Positions 1 to 13,645 of a stretch of DNA of 64,000 nt are shown one piece after another (within the stretch, counting starts at the first letter, position 1; the number at the start of each line of letters is the position of its first letter). Source of the DNA: Eledone cirrhosa. Its lineage: Eukaryota. A program made the position numbers and the translations under genes. The stretch spans positions 125,798,001 through 125,862,000 of the forward strand of contig OZ024742.1 in assembly GCA_964016885.1 (NCBI GenBank), in the 5' to 3' direction. The notes below the pieces were generated by a model, which searched no databases, had not been told where the DNA came from, and worked only from the letters and a program-made list of their open reading frames with translations.

Positions 1-2096
1 CACCCCGATTTCCGAGGTGCTCGACACCATTACCGTCACGTCGTCGGCATAAGCCGGCGCCGCTTTGCGCAGTCCTGGTTCTAGAGGGATGTCCTGCAAC
101 AGCTCCAATTTCTGCAGTAGTGGCTCTAGAGTCAATACATACAGAATGGAGGAGAGATGGCACCCCTGTCGAATGGAACGCGTGATTGCGAACGGCTCCG
201 ATAAGTAGCCGTTCACCTTGACCCTCGAGCAGATGCTGGTGTGCATCGCCTCGATCCAGCCTCTGAAAACGGGACCGAAGCCTTGAGAACCGCTTCCATT
301 CGATGGTCGACCCTATCGAATGCCTTAGACTGATCCAAATTGATCAGAGCCCCACCGAAGCCGGGTTTACTACCCACCCTCTCTTTGATGTATCGCATGA
401 GGTGGAGGTTGTCGTGTATGGACCTTGTCGGGATTGCACACGTTTGCGCTTTCCCTACCAGGTTCTCGACGACAAGTGCCAAGCTCGTCGCTAGCACCTT
501 GGCCAAAATCTTTAACTCTGTGTTGAGAAGAGTTATGGCCCTGAAGTTGTTAATTTTGTCCCCCTTGTTCTCGTCTTTCCTGATCGGCGTTACTACGCCC
601 TTGCCTGCAGAACTGGGAATTCTCCCGTTCTGCTGCCAATTGCAGTAGACGGCTTCGAGGACGCCAGAGAACAAGTCAGGCATGCCTATGTAAAACTCAT
701 TGGGTATACCATCTAGACCGGATGACTTTCGTTTCCCGCAGCGGCCCAGAGCGTCCCGTATCTCAGTGTCCGTGATCGGTCTTTCGCAGAACTCGGCGTC
801 CGTGTTTGAGAGACGCGGCAGGCCGTCGAGGTATGAACTCAAATCCATTGCCCCGTTCGGCTCACCGTCGTTCTGCTCAAACAGTCGCGCAAAGTGCTGC
901 TGAAAGGCCGCGCACATTTGCTTGGGGTCAAGTAGTACGCGTCCGTTTTGGTATTTCAAAGACCGAATCGTGGACTTGTTCCCACTTTTCGCCTCCGCCA
1001 CTCGGGCCGAGCTGACAGCTTTCGCTCCTTCGTTTCCTAGAGCACGTGTTTTGCTTCTGAACACGCAGCCTTCGTGTTTCGTATCGTAGAACTGGTCCAG
1101 TGCCGTTCTCGACGCTAACACTCTAGCCGCGTTGCCACTTCTAAGTGCCTCCTCTACCTTGGCTACTAGTTCTCTTTCTATTTTGTTTTTCTCTAAGGCT
1201 AACTCTCTGCTAAACCCTATCGATTCTATTTTAATTGCTTTCTTGAGAGAGTACCACCATTTATTGTTGACGATGGCTCCCGTTAACTGTTGCTTGACTA
1301 GTCTACTTATCCGTTCACTGTAAGGTTTACGTGCCGGCAACGACACATTCAGCTTCCAGTATCCGGGTCCTTGTCTATGTATTCTATCAGGGTTGACTAA
1401 GCAGACGACTAATTTGTGATCTGAATAGGCAACCATGTGCATTCGTGGACAGGTTAACATCTCCTTGTCCCTTTCTCTAATAAAGACCCTATCTAAATAC
1501 GATCTAGATGTCCCGCTGCGGTTTGCCCACGTCCACAGTGGTGCAGTAGGGAAATCCAGTCGATACCTATCGGCCAGTTGGAATCGGCCGATTAAAGTTT
1601 TGAGGCTGTTGCACCCCCCTCTACTGGGACATGCTCCCACATAGTCGCATCATGCATCTAGGATACCATTCCAGTCCCCCACTAAAAGTAAGGAGCGAGA
1701 CGTTCCCAGAAAAGACTCTAGACGCTTAAAGAAGCCTGGCCGTGATTGCAATTGCCCGGTCGGGACATAAACGGCCACCAATCTGAAGGCTCCAATACTG
1801 TTCACGTCTAGGACTACCAGTCTACCCTCCGGGTCCAAGTGTACTTGCTGTACTTCGACGTCCAGGTTCTTCCGAAACAGGACAGCCACTACCCCTCCAC
1901 CTTCTGGCTGACAGAGAGATGCGTAGATCTCAAAGTCGTCGAAGATGGGTGTTAGTTGCTGCTTGTTGTGGATCCTGGACTCGGTGATGGTTATCACATC
2001 CATACCGTGTGACATAAGGTCGTTTAAAAGTTGGCCCTGTTTCCAGGGCATCCCTAGGCCACGCACATTCACACTTCCAACTCGTAAACTAGCCAT
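1..2096 (-). pseudogene. ORF2 (APE endonuclease + reverse transcriptase) of the L1/Tx1 element, frameshifted
   Basis: Endonuclease motifs MASLRVGSVNVRG, GDWN, YLDRVF, SDHK and GPGYWKLN. RT motifs SGLDG, NFRAITLLN, LDQSKAFDRVDH, IRQGC (~165) and YADD (~40-51). Confidence 0.93.
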
Positions 2097-2139
2097 GTTG
2101 GTGAAGAAGAGTTGGAGAAAAAGGACGAAAGGTGCACTT

Positions 2140-3704
2140 ACCTTTTCGTTTCCTGGAGATCGGGTTGTTCAATCTCCATTTTGGGTGCTGGATGGGGTGT
2201 TGGGTGGGGTGGGGAGACATTTTAACAGGACATGGTTGATGGGTTTCTGGCAGGGGTTGCCCACGCCCTGTGAAAAATTTTTTTCAGGTCATTATAGGTT
2301 TCCATAGAAACCCTTATAAGTTTAAGGCGTGGAGACGATTCTGCCTTGACGAAAGTTTTTCCCTCCGTCTCCACCTTGGGGTTTTGGGAGATAACTTCCA
2401 TCAAACTCTTGTTGTTTGTGTTGATGTATGCATATTGTTGTTTGTGTTTTTGTTGTGTTGTTTTAGTTTGTTTTTTGTCCGGGAGTTTTCTTTTTATGGT
2501 AGGTGTTTGTGTTTGGGGTGGTGTTGGTGTTGGTTTTGCTGGTAGGGGGATGTTTGACTGTGGTGTTGTTTGTGTTGTTGTTTGTGTCTGTGGTTGTGTG
2601 TTGGTGTTGGTGATTGGAGTTTTGGGGGTTTAGTGGTGTCTCTTTTTTTGTTTTTTAGATTTCCGCGGCTCTCTCTCTTCTTCACTTAAAGAAGGAGAAG
2701 CAGCTTCATCCGGCGATGAATAATCATCGTCAGGAGTGTGGGGTAGGGGTATGTTGTGTGGTGGTGGTGTTTCGGTGTGTGTGCTTGTGGTAGTGTTTGA
2801 TGGAGTGAGTGGGGTGGGGCTGTGTTCTTCAGGGGTGTTGTCTCTGTTTTTTCCATTGTTGTTGGTTGAGTGGCTGTTTATTTTGGTGTAGTTGCTCGTT
2901 TCGTCTGTCGTTGTACTTGTGGTGGTGGTGGTTGTTTTGGTGTTGGTGCTGGTAATAGTGTTTTTTGAAATATGTTGTAGTGTGTTTATGAAGAACAAGA
3001 GGCTTTTAGGTGTGTTGTGCTCCCACATCGAAAGCAATGAAATTTTCGCCCTTCTACCGAAATGTTTATTTTGTTGTTATCAACGATGACGACTCTTTCG
3101 GATATTTTGGAGATTCTCTCCGGCCTCATCTGCAACAGAATCTCCAAATCAGTACCCGCCCACCTTTGTCGAATAGACTTTCGTATCGAAAGAAAATCAT
3201 ATCAGTTTCTGGCTCTAAGAAGCCAGCTAAGATCCACAAGATGTTAATGTTTGGTGGTATATTTTTTATTTTTATTTTTTGTGTTCTTTTCCCCATGTAT
3301 GTAGGGAAAAAGGTGAATGCTTTTGACACTATTGGTGTCAAAGAATGTTTTGGGGCGAGTGCCTCGCTTTTAAACAGTACGGAAACACTTCCGTACTGTT
3401 TTCCTCGTTGGAGAAATTCGATATATGCTAGAATTTCTTTCAGGGTATTTTTCTATATCTCCTTGACTAACAAATATCAGCTTTCTCGTGGTATTGGACA
3501 CCGTCCTAAAGGTCACTGACCTTCGAACTGTGTCTTCTTTTATTTCAATGGGTGAGTTAATTCTAAACCCACTCTTCTCTTCGAAAGTTACAAATTTTCT
3601 CCCTTGCTGGAGAATATCTCTTGCATTGGAGATGTCAAGATTTATAAAATCTTGTTTTTTGTTCACTGTTTCAGCGAAAGACATTTTTTCTTATGGGGTG
3701 TTGC

Positions 3705-3759
<55 letters not shown>

Positions 3760-4092
3760 ATCGTTATTAGCCTCGGTGTTGGAAATTTCAGTTCCTTGAC
3801 GAGATGAAACTTTATGTATAGATGTATCTGTGGAGTTGTTGATGTTGTTTTTTTCATGTGTATGTATGTTAATGGGTTTAATTCCTGAGTTTTCATTTCT
3901 CTCCGCTTCGGCGGTAGAAATTGTACAATCTTCAAGTGGCAATATTTTTTTCCCTTTGTTGACAGTCGTATCTATGGCGATGTCCATAGTAGCAGAAACA
4001 GATATAACGTTAAAATCTCCCTCTTTCTCTCTCTTTTCGCTGTCGACGTTCTCCAGCCTTCTTTCCGTGTATTCATGTTTTATAGTTGGCAA
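2140..4092 (-). pseudogene. ORF1 (gag-like RNA-binding protein with CCHC knuckle), frameshifted
   Basis: Fragments 3691-4092, 3370-3684, 3126-3341 and 2630-3037. FTFFPTYMGKRTQ and WILAGF match FTFYPSYMGKRTQ and WIIAGF in the 569-aa ORF at 55685. Contains an (AAC)n poly-Asn tract. Confidence 0.85.
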
Positions 4093-4253
4093 AATTTGAT
4101 ATTTTAAAACAATTTTTAAAATATTTAGATTACCACCCAGCTGACAATTCGGCTTGGGGGTTAATCTACAAAATAATATGTTTTTTCAAACAATTTGTTC
4201 TGATTTTCGTATATAAATTTACAAAAAATCTTACCGGCGATGTTCTACGCGTC

Positions 4254-4257
<4 letters not shown>

Positions 4258-4331
<74 letters not shown>
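4258..4331. repeat. (GA)n microsatellite
   Basis: Perfect dinucleotide run. Confidence 0.99.
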
Positions 4332-4335
<4 letters not shown>

Positions 4336-4822
4336 CTGCCGGATGTCTATTCTCTGGTGATGAGCTTTGTCACCTAGTCCAAACGTTCTTTCTTTCCTGT
4401 TAAATTCATTGTGTACAAAGTTTGACTGCAAAAGTACTCTTGCTATTCTTCACGTTGTTGTTGCTGCTATTATTGTTGTCGTTGTTCACCTTTTTGTTGT
4501 TTGTGTTGTTGTCATTGTTGCAGTTGTTATTACTGTTGTTGTGATGGTTGTTCTCACTTTTTGTCGCTGTTCTTGCTGTTGTTGTTATCATTAATGCCGT
4601 TGTTGTTCTCATTTGTTTTGGTGCTGCTTCTGTTGTTGCCGGTGTTGTTGTTTTTAGTGGTGGTGGTGGTGGTAATACTGCCTAAAGTGGTGATACTTTT
4701 CATAATGGTGGTGGTGGTGAGAGTGGTGTGACATCACTCAACGTTTGAGTTGCTGTCATGTGACAGTTGGCTTAACGAGAGGGGCGTGTTTCGTCCATAA
4801 TTTTTACAGAAATTATATTGTT

Positions 4823-5300
4823 TATGTCAGGTCACTTTTCAGCGCTACTGGTAACATGCAACTCAGTATAACCTGTTCATGGTCGGGTCGTCGGCGACTA
4901 AACCGGCAACCCCACCAAGCTTGCTTAATGAAGAGGAGGATTTGGGACACCCAGCAGGAAGACAAACAAAACATGTTAAAGGTGGAGGTATTCAGGAGAG
5001 ACAACGGCCATACAATAAATTTTTTATTTTTTTTTTTGGTGGAGTGAAAGACTCCTAGTCTTCATTGGACATCTCTCTAGGAGAAGGTCACTCTGATATA
5101 AAACCTGCGACTTTGTATGCATCCCATGATGTAGACCAGTTCTTCTTTTTGGGTAAATGCATTCGATGTCCGGAGAGTGGGATTGGCCCCGTGCAAAGCC
5201 TTTCTTCACAGACATCACCTGATATGTGACATTTTTTGCGATGCATGGAATTGCTGACCATAGACAAGTCCCTAGCAGGACTAAAAAGCTACGTCCGTGA
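4823..5300 (+). mobile_element. Bipartite non-autonomous RTE-derived element (5' UTR fused to 3' end) with (ATGT)n tail
   Basis: Colinear with 52612-53221 (minus). Contains CTAGGAGAAGG..CTCTGA, an RTE-like 5' UTR motif. The 3' part encodes SLAGLKSYVR, resembling a C-terminal zinc-finger end, followed by (ATGT)n. Confidence 0.55.
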
Positions 5301-5366
5301 TGTATGTACGTACGTATGTATGTATGTATGTATGTATGTATGTATGTATGTATGTATGTATGTATG

Positions 5367-5400
<34 letters not shown>

Positions 5401-5459
5401 TGTATGTATGTATGTATGTATGTATGTATGTATGTATATATGTATGTATGTATGTATGT
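5301..5459. repeat. (ATGT)n microsatellite
   Basis: Tetranucleotide run between two tail-to-tail retroelements. Confidence 0.99.
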
Positions 5460-8400
5460 GTTATCTCTTTCTCTTAATTTGAGTATATTTTTTTGACCGG
5501 CCACCTTCCTGGTGGCAAGGTTGTAAAAGAAAAGAAATTGTCATCCCTTGAATCGCAAGAATGTTTTGCAAATTTTGAAGGTGCCAGCTGTCGCAGCCAT
5601 TTGTAGACTATGAATTAGGGAGCTACGCTCTTTGTCCGCAAATCCAAGTTCAGTCATACTTTGGTCCAAGCGGGTTGGTATATAACCCGTAGCTCCAATA
5701 ATGATGGGTATGAAGCTAAAGGTGTATCTTGGATACTGGATTTGTAAACTCCTCATCAATGGTCCGTAGATGTCCTCCTTCTCCTGTATTTTTCTGACAA
5801 CATTTACACAAGTGGGCAGCTGATCTCCACAACAGAACACGTTTTCAATGTGTGGTCCCAAACAACAATATCAGGCCGGTTGTGCTTTAATTTGGTGGCA
5901 GTTTTTATTTTCAGGCTCCACCAGTATTCCTTAGTGTCATCTGTCTCAATATATTCTTCCTCGTTTGTTGTTAATTTGTTTTCCGAAGTGCGTTCCAGAT
6001 GGTTCTAGCTATCCCATCGTGTCTCATGGGAGGTAGTAGCGAGATGACATTCTTTCGCAGCTGGCAACAATGTAGCTTACATCCTCGATCTTTGTTTTAG
6101 ATAGCCTACATTTATTGTCAGCTGATGGCCCACCCCTTTTGTGCAGCAGATATTTGGTAGGGAGTTCTTGTTCCTGTATTGCATAGAGATATCCCTCAAG
6201 GTGTGATGTCATACACTTGTTGGAACTCCATGCCAGGCTTTTTGAGTGGTTTATACCCTCTATGGTCTGTGTTTTACATCTCAAGTATCCATGCACAACT
6301 TTTTCTGTAAATTGGTCAATTTTTTCATCTTGTTTGAACATTGAATAGGATCTTCCGATTTCTCTGGCTGAGAGATTTATATCAGGCTTTATTCCATATC
6401 TCTCCTCCAGATCAGTGGCTATTCTAATGATTTTTTTTTCATGCTTATATAAACCTGGGCAAGATGATTGCCAACCTTTTTACTCTGTTGAAGGTGTTGC
6501 TTCAGTGTTACTATCCGGGTCTCATATGATGTTAATATGGATTTTAGACCCCAGCCACCTTCCTTGCGTGAGAAGTATAGCCTATCCATATCACCATTGA
6601 TGTTAAAGTAACACTGAGAAGTTTGCGAGTTCTAACATCCATCTCACTTAGTTCTTGCAATGACCAGTTCAGCAGGCCAAATACTGGCGTTAGAATTGGC
6701 ATAGCATAAGTATTGTGGGCAATGTATTTGTTGTACGCTGACAGTTCTGATGACCATATTTTCTTTACTCTTCTGAGGTATTCAGTTCTGGTTCTCTCCT
6801 TATTTATGGGTCCATCATATCTGACATTCTCATCCTGTCCAAGATATCTGTAGTTGTCACCTGACTGTAGAAATTGTATTGTCAGGCCGTTCATCTCTAG
6901 ATTTCTAGAGGAGGGCACAGCTCTTCCACGTTTTACTGCCAAATATGCACACTTGGACTCACCAAATTTCATTTTGATGTCTGTTGAAAATTGTGTAATG
7001 AGGTCCAATTGTTTCTTGATGTCATTGATATTTGGCCCATACAACTTCAGGTCATCAACAAAGAAAAGATGGGAGATACTTCTGGACCCACTTCTTTGTC
7101 CACCTTGTTTCCTGAGTAGGTAAGATAGTGGATTTAGTGAGAGAACGAAGAGTAGCATTGACAAGCTATCACCCTGAAAGATGCCCTTCTGGTAATGTAT
7201 CTTATCAGTCTTAACTTGCTCCTTCTCACCTCTAAGGATCAAATTGGTGTACCAGTTCTTGGTCAGACGTTCAACAGCAGCTACCAGTGGTTGTGGGACT
7301 TTGGCTAACTGTAAAGCCTTAACAATCCACCCATGAGATACACTATCAAATTCTTTTTGATAGTCCAGCCACACCACAGTCATGTTTCTGCGATTCTTTG
7401 TTGTTTTTTCTTGAATCATTTTATTAATTAGTAGGTGATCTATGCAACCCCACACCTCCCTCTTTCAACCAGCTTGCTCAGGTGTTATGATGTTGTTGGT
7501 AGCACAGTGATCCTGTAAGAACAGGTTAAGGCACCCAGTATATAATTTATACATGATGTTTTGGCAGGCTATTGGGCGGTAATTTTTAGCAAGGGTGGTT
7601 TGGCTATTTTGGGGAATGAGGATAGTAGTGGCAGTTGATAACCATCTGGGAAGTTCTTATGTGCCTTTAATGGTTTCTGTAAACAGCTGTATGAGATCTT
7701 GCCGATAGAAAGTGAAATTCTTCAACCAGTATCCTGTAATGAGGTCTGGGCTTGGTGATTTCCTATTCGACATTTTCTGTAGAGCTGTTTCCAGTATTGA
7801 CCCACCTATGTCATATTGTTTTGTCTGGACATGTTGGCAGTAGTCCTGTTCCAGTTCTGTTAGCCAATTAGTTTGTCTGTTGAATCCGTCATCAGTTTCC
7901 CATGCAGATCTCCAGTAGCTCTCAACCTGTTCCTTTGAAGGGGTGTCATTTACAGAGATTGAGCTTTTGCCACCGAAGCTGCGATAAACTGATTTAGGAT
8001 CTCTGGCAAACAATCTATTTAGCACTTGTCATTTATGTTCTGTTGACTTATATTTTAGTCTTTCTGTTGTAGCTGTGAGTTGTTGTTTCAACTGGTGTAA
8101 TTTGGAGTTCAAAGTTTTAAATTTTGTATCTCCAAATCGTCTCTCTAACTTTTTTTTAGGTCTTCCTGGTGTCGTGTGAAGTTTCTCTTTATGTTGTATT
8201 TCATAACGACTGCGATGTGTAAGATACTTCGTCTCAGGGACAAATTTTTGCTTTTTAAATTTCGCATCCACGCTGGTTCAGGCTTTTTGTTTGTATCTTG
8301 ATTGCGTGGTTTTAGATGTTTGTTATATCATAGCAATGTGACAGTTGAAACATATAACAAAATATTAAGCGTTTCAAATGTCGTTTCTACACCTTTAGAT

Positions 8401-9300
8401 CGTATAGCCTTCAGATAACTGTCAGCTATTTCGTTCACCGCTTCCAATTCCAATTTAGTGGGTTCTTTACTGATTCTGGTGTTGCATGGTCTGTCACTCA
8501 CATTAAGGCTGTGTATCTCTTGAAACATATCGTCCCATATCACTTGTAAGGTTTCCACAAGTTGTTGGTGTTCTGTTTGTACAGTAGAGTCATGAATTTC
8601 AGCCTCGTTGTTGATGTGGTGACAATTACTATTAGAGTTAGCTGACCATTCTCGCTGTTCTTCAGTGGAAGTGGGGTGGATTTCAGCAAAATTGTTGGTG
8701 AGCTGTTCACTGTTAGATTTAGCTGCCCATTCTCATTGTCTGTCAGTGGAGGTGGGGTGGTTGTCTACAAGGGCTGTATTTGTAGTATCACTCAATTCCG
8801 TTAGATGTATCAATTTACACCTAATGATACGTTTTGCCTGTTCATTTAAATGCTTTAGAGAAAAGTCTAATTCTGGGTGTTTGGAGTTCCATAAAGTTTT
8901 TAGCCTTTGCATAAAACCGAACTTTTGGGGTTCAGATTGTTTGTATGCTTCATATAATTATTTGTTAAGCTCGTAGCTCCACTGTATACAACGGTTGTAA
9001 TTGCGATTTGGTCGAAGGAGGCTTGTACGTGTTGCCATGATGAGTTCGTCTATTCACTAATATTTTGTATTTATTTTTCAAAATAGTCGATGATCTTCTT
9101 TAAAAGTTTCGACGAAGTTCTGTCAGAATCAAATTTAAAGTTATTCACAGCTTGCGTAATATTTCTTTTAGGTTAGTTTTTAATTCTACAACTGTTGTTA
9201 ATTCAACAAACGTTGTTTAATTCAACAAACGTTGTTCTTGAATCGTTTGAATCGAGAACAAAAAAAAACGTTACTTAGTATATTTCTTTATGAATGTAAT
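5460..9300 (-). mobile_element. R4/Dong-like RLE-type non-LTR retrotransposon, near full length, ORF (ATG ~9038 to 5541) disrupted
   Basis: RT motifs WLDYQKEFDSVSHGW, GIFQGDSLS and HLFFVDDLKLY. CCHC-like region (KCRL...IVASC). Restriction-like endonuclease KHNRPDIVVW (~5860-5890) and QEKEDIY. Flanked on both sides by ATGT repeats. Confidence 0.9.
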
Positions 9301-9334
9301 ATAATGTATGTATGTAAGTATGTATGTAAGTATG

Positions 9335-10325
9335 TATGTTCTTCTGCTTTTATAATTTCACAAATTTTTGCCAATAGAGAGAGAGTCGGTTTCTAACATA
9401 GACACAAGACTCTCTCATTGGAATTACACAACATCAACTAGGTAGATATGTCTGCATGTCTGCATGCATGTGTAGGTATGGATGCTATTGGATGTGTGGA
9501 TGTGTATGTTTTGAGTTGTATGTGTGCATGTGCATACGCTTTGTATCTGTACATGTGTGTATGCAGTTATTAGATGCAAAATTTTGGGAATGTTTTACAT
9601 ATTTTTATTGTTCCATTAATGGATTGTACTTGTAATTTCCTAACTAGTTGTGTTCTTTCTGTTTCTGTGAAGCCCAGCTACTCAAGATTTGTATTGAGGC
9701 AGTTACTAACATTTCTCAGTGCCCCAATAATCACCGGCATAAATCTGAAGGTATAATCAGGGTGGAGTATCTGCAGATTTCTCATTTGTTCTGCATAAAT
9801 ATTCTCCTTTTCGCTAATCTTTGATATTATATAGGCATCTGCTGGGCAGCTAACTTCCACTACTTTGAATGCCTTCTTTTCCCTGTCCCGTATCATTATA
9901 TCTGGTCTGTTATGCCTGCACTTTATTGGGATTTTTACTGCAACATTCCACCAGTACTCTTTCATATTATGTATATGTATGTCTTCCACATTGCTGTAGC
10001 TTTTATTATAATTATCGGGGCTATCTTTTCTACAGATTGCATTGTACAGGGTTTTGGCCACTACATCATGCCTCATAGGTAGATAGTACCACGATGACAT
10101 CTTTGGACAGATGCTTATGACATGGGTGACATCTCCGATGTTAATTTTGCAGTCTGTACTTGTCACATCTAAGAGTTTTGCCTGCATCACAATCTCTTTT
10201 GTGAATCAGGTATTTCGTTTTGATTTCCTGTTCTTGGATTGCAAAAGCGAATCCTTCAAAGTGAGAGCCAATATAGCGGTTGTTGGTCCAAGATAGACTA
10301 CTTTCTTTATCTATATCACTCTCAC
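9335..10325 (-). mobile_element. Second R4/Dong-like family, 5'-truncated (zinc knuckle + RLE + 3' UTR)
   Basis: AFAIQEQEI, HVISIC, YLPMRHD, RHNRPDIMI, VEVSCP and SEKENIY. Bounded by (ATGT)n at ~9305-9338 and 10327-10400. Confidence 0.88.
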
Positions 10326-10419
10326 TATGTATGTATGTATGTATGTATGTATGTATGTATGTATGTATGTATGTATGTGTGTATGTATGTATGTATGTGT
10401 ATGTAAATATGTATGATAA

Positions 10420-11170
10420 AGCTTTAATCCTGAATTGTCCGACAATTTTCACTCATAACTTTAGTAACTGTTTTGTTGCCTTTTTTAAACCTTGTGTTTG
10501 TTTAGTCACCTCTAGATATCTGCTTAATATTAAAGCAAAGTTATTTCTGGAATATCAAGTTAATTCTTAGAGCATTCTTTAATTACATTATTTTATCCAA
10601 AGGATCCAGTATCGGGTCTTTTATAAGAAGTACTTTAAATCTGTGTGGCCTAAATCTCCAAAGCCTTTCTGAAAATTAATTAAGAAACATCTGCAAGCTG
10701 AAGGTTTTCAAACTTCTATATGCGCAAAACATGTATCTGTAGCAATGTATGTCCATAATGCAAGAACTGTTCATTAAATATGTACGAGGGATGAAGAACT
10801 TGGTCCACAAACATATAATTTCTAGGCAAAAACTATTTTCATGAGACGATATTTTCAAATCTATTAATTGTGAAAAAGAATGTTGACAGGCAAATAAAAC
10901 CCTTTAAGAATGTCACTCCTGAAAACTAAAAAAATGTCTATTAAATATGAAAGCAATAAAATTATCCCTGGAGTTTGCCTCAGATTTCCTAGAGAAATAA
11001 CTTCAACGTGTCACAAGATAGTGAGTGAAACAAATATATCATTCACTGCAAACACAACAAGCTTAAGTGTAATATTGAACGAAGAATTTAATAGCATTTT
11101 ACACATACAAATAGATGAGCCACGCGAGTTATTTGAAAAAGGTAAGGTATTTAGTACTATATCTGCGTAG
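10420..11170 (-). pseudogene. Highly degenerate LINE reverse transcriptase fragment
   Basis: Minus-strand remnants FLINFQKGF (~10660-10690, like DFxKAFD) and QGLKKG (~10480-10500, like GLxQG) in the expected order. Confidence 0.35.
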
Positions 11171-13448
11171 AATCGTGGCGACTATCAATTATATCTACAT
11201 GAAAGTGAATGTAATATGTAGGTACTGAAAACATATAAGTCCAGAATTTAGTATATATATGGCCTCGTTACTCAATATAGAGTGAATCGTAGGATCACCG
11301 TAGTGACATATTCTCCAGGTCTAAACACAGAGAAAGAGAGAGGGCAAGTGAGAGAGAGGAAATGTGAAAGGAAGAGAGGAAAAATCGACACTAGTACTGG
11401 ACTGATTAATCTCGAAATGATGAAAGGTAAAATTGAATTCGGAGAGATTTTTACGAATACGGCAAATCACCCAATCTGACATTCTAACGACTATCCAGAA
11501 TTTAGTATCTATTTTGATTAGCTGCAAGCTTAAACACTCACATTATGATTATTGGAATTCACAATTCACTGATATTAGTATATTTAGTTGGCTTATAAAG
11601 TCACTAATTGTATATTTCTACAATTGAGTATCTTAATGGTTGCCTAATCTTGAACTTAGTTGCATGCTTTGATAGTCTCCTGAAAACTTGCAAATATTAT
11701 CGCGAGAAACCGCTATGTAAGCTCCAAGGGATAACTTCCAAAATTGCTGTAAAAGACAAAATATATTTGATCTATACTGAGGGAATCAGAATAGAAGCAT
11801 TTTATTACATACTTGTCTGTCAGCATAATTCCTGTGCAGGTTGATGTTACCTTCTGAAGCTTCAACAGTACTACGAATGTGTATTCAAACATATACATGT
11901 GATATACACGGACTTTTCAAATGCGTTAGTGGAAGTTTATCATATGATAACATGGCTTAAACTAGGTGTTCGCAGTATAACTGAAGAGATTAGCTTTGGG
12001 GTTTTTCAAATATAGAAGTTAAATTGCTGCAGCATGGCTATGTGATTGAGACGTTTATTTCACAACTATGATATTTTGCGTTTACTCCAACTACATGGAA
12101 CATTGTGAAGGCACATTGTGAAAGTATTTTCGTCTATATATTTTCGTATAAAACAAAACCCTGTGAATAAAACGTACAAGTGTTACCTTCTATAGACTGA
12201 AACGTGTTTAAAAGAAATTATGAGAAATATAAGAAAGCCTATCAGAGGAAGCTTTCTCGTTTGAATGTACTAAGATTTTATCCACTATCCAGTTTAAAAC
12301 ACCCTCAGACCTTTGGCTGTTATTAGTGGCGTCCACACTTTTTAATTCATGAAGCCAGGCCTTCGATCTAAGAATACCTTCTTTACTTCCTACCTCATAC
12401 AAATGTACACAGTGCGTAATAAAAACATCACAATTGACATGTTAGTTCCTCATGGAACCTGTTTTAGAGCCATTAGTCTTTGTATTTGTATTACTTCCCT
12501 CAAACATATCTCGGTCGATCTTCCTAGATACACTGAAGATGTTAAAATATAAACAAGCAGCCTAAACTTCCAATAATTACAAAAACCTACAGTAAGACGT
12601 CAAAGCAATATATTTCTGGTCTGTTGAAAGCAACACACAATTTGATGCCCGCGGCTTATCTTTTTTCTTTTCAGATATATATATAAAAAGAATTAAAATC
12701 ATAACACAAAAATATTAATAGCATTGTAATAAGATGCTGTTAGGTCTTGATAAATTAATAAGGTATAATATCCAGTTTATAATGATACATATTTAAACAT
12801 ATTTCTCGTTAGTTTAGCCATTTGGGTGTACGAAATTCTTATCATTAAATCATTTAAAGCTGGAAGGTTACAGACACCCAACTATCCATCATATAACTCA
12901 ACCTGGATACACAATGTAGTATTGAAGTACCTGAAATAGATTTTACGTGCGAATTAGGAATTACAATTTCCTGTGTGTATTACTAATATAGCAAGTAACA
13001 ATATACTGATGATATGTATATGGATTTGGAAAATATTTGGTAATGGCAGCCATGTTGTTGCTATGTTCTTGCTCATCTGAAACATTGTTTACATCTATGG
13101 TCAAACTAATTCGAGAACTGGAAACAATCCAAGATTTCTACAAGAATGTGATTATCTATACGAGAGTGAGTGGGAGCTTTAAAAGCACTTTCTAGAGCTT
13201 GGAAGGGAAAGATACGCAATAATTTATACATAGGAAGGTTCTTTAATGTGTGCTATTATACGTTTGTATTGGAAACTGTACGAATATCAAAACTGATCGC
13301 CAGTGCATAGTGCCAAACGTTCTATCCAATCACCCCACAACAACCTACCCGTGGTAGGAGTAAATACTGGTTTGGGGTTCAAAAGATCAGAGCTATGGCA
13401 GATCCCGCGTAAATTTAGATCACATAAAGATATGCATGAACAATCATG

Positions 13449-13645
13449 GTGGATTGGCAGTATCGGTAGAGCATCGGACACCAAGCTGCACGGCATACAG
13501 TTAAGGTTCTTTATATTCTCAGTTCAAATCCCATCGAGGTTACACTTGCCTTTTATCCTTACAGGGTCGGTAAAATAAAGTACCAGTAATGTACTGAGGT
13601 CCTTCTCCCCCAACATTAATGGCCCTGTGCCTGAATCAGAAACCA
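13449..13645 (+). mobile_element. tRNA-derived SINE (Meta/MESC-like central domain)
   Basis: A box TGGCAGTATCGGTAGA, B box GTTCAAATCC, central GCCTTTTATCCTTACAGGGTCGGTAAAATAAAGTACCAG. Confidence 0.8.

Larger units (their letters stand above)
1..4255 (-). mobile_element. L1/Tx1-clade non-LTR retrotransposon (5' UTR, ORF1, ORF2); runs off the left edge of the window
   Basis: Frameshifted ORF1 (4092 to ~2140) with CCHC knuckle CFRCGSTTHLKASC (~3050-3000). ORF2 has an APE endonuclease followed by RT. The 5' end abuts a (GA)n tract at 4258. Confidence 0.92.

Noticed and set aside
13449-13535. tRNA genes suggested by A/B boxes
   Set aside because: No cloverleaf; always continuous with the SINE central domain.
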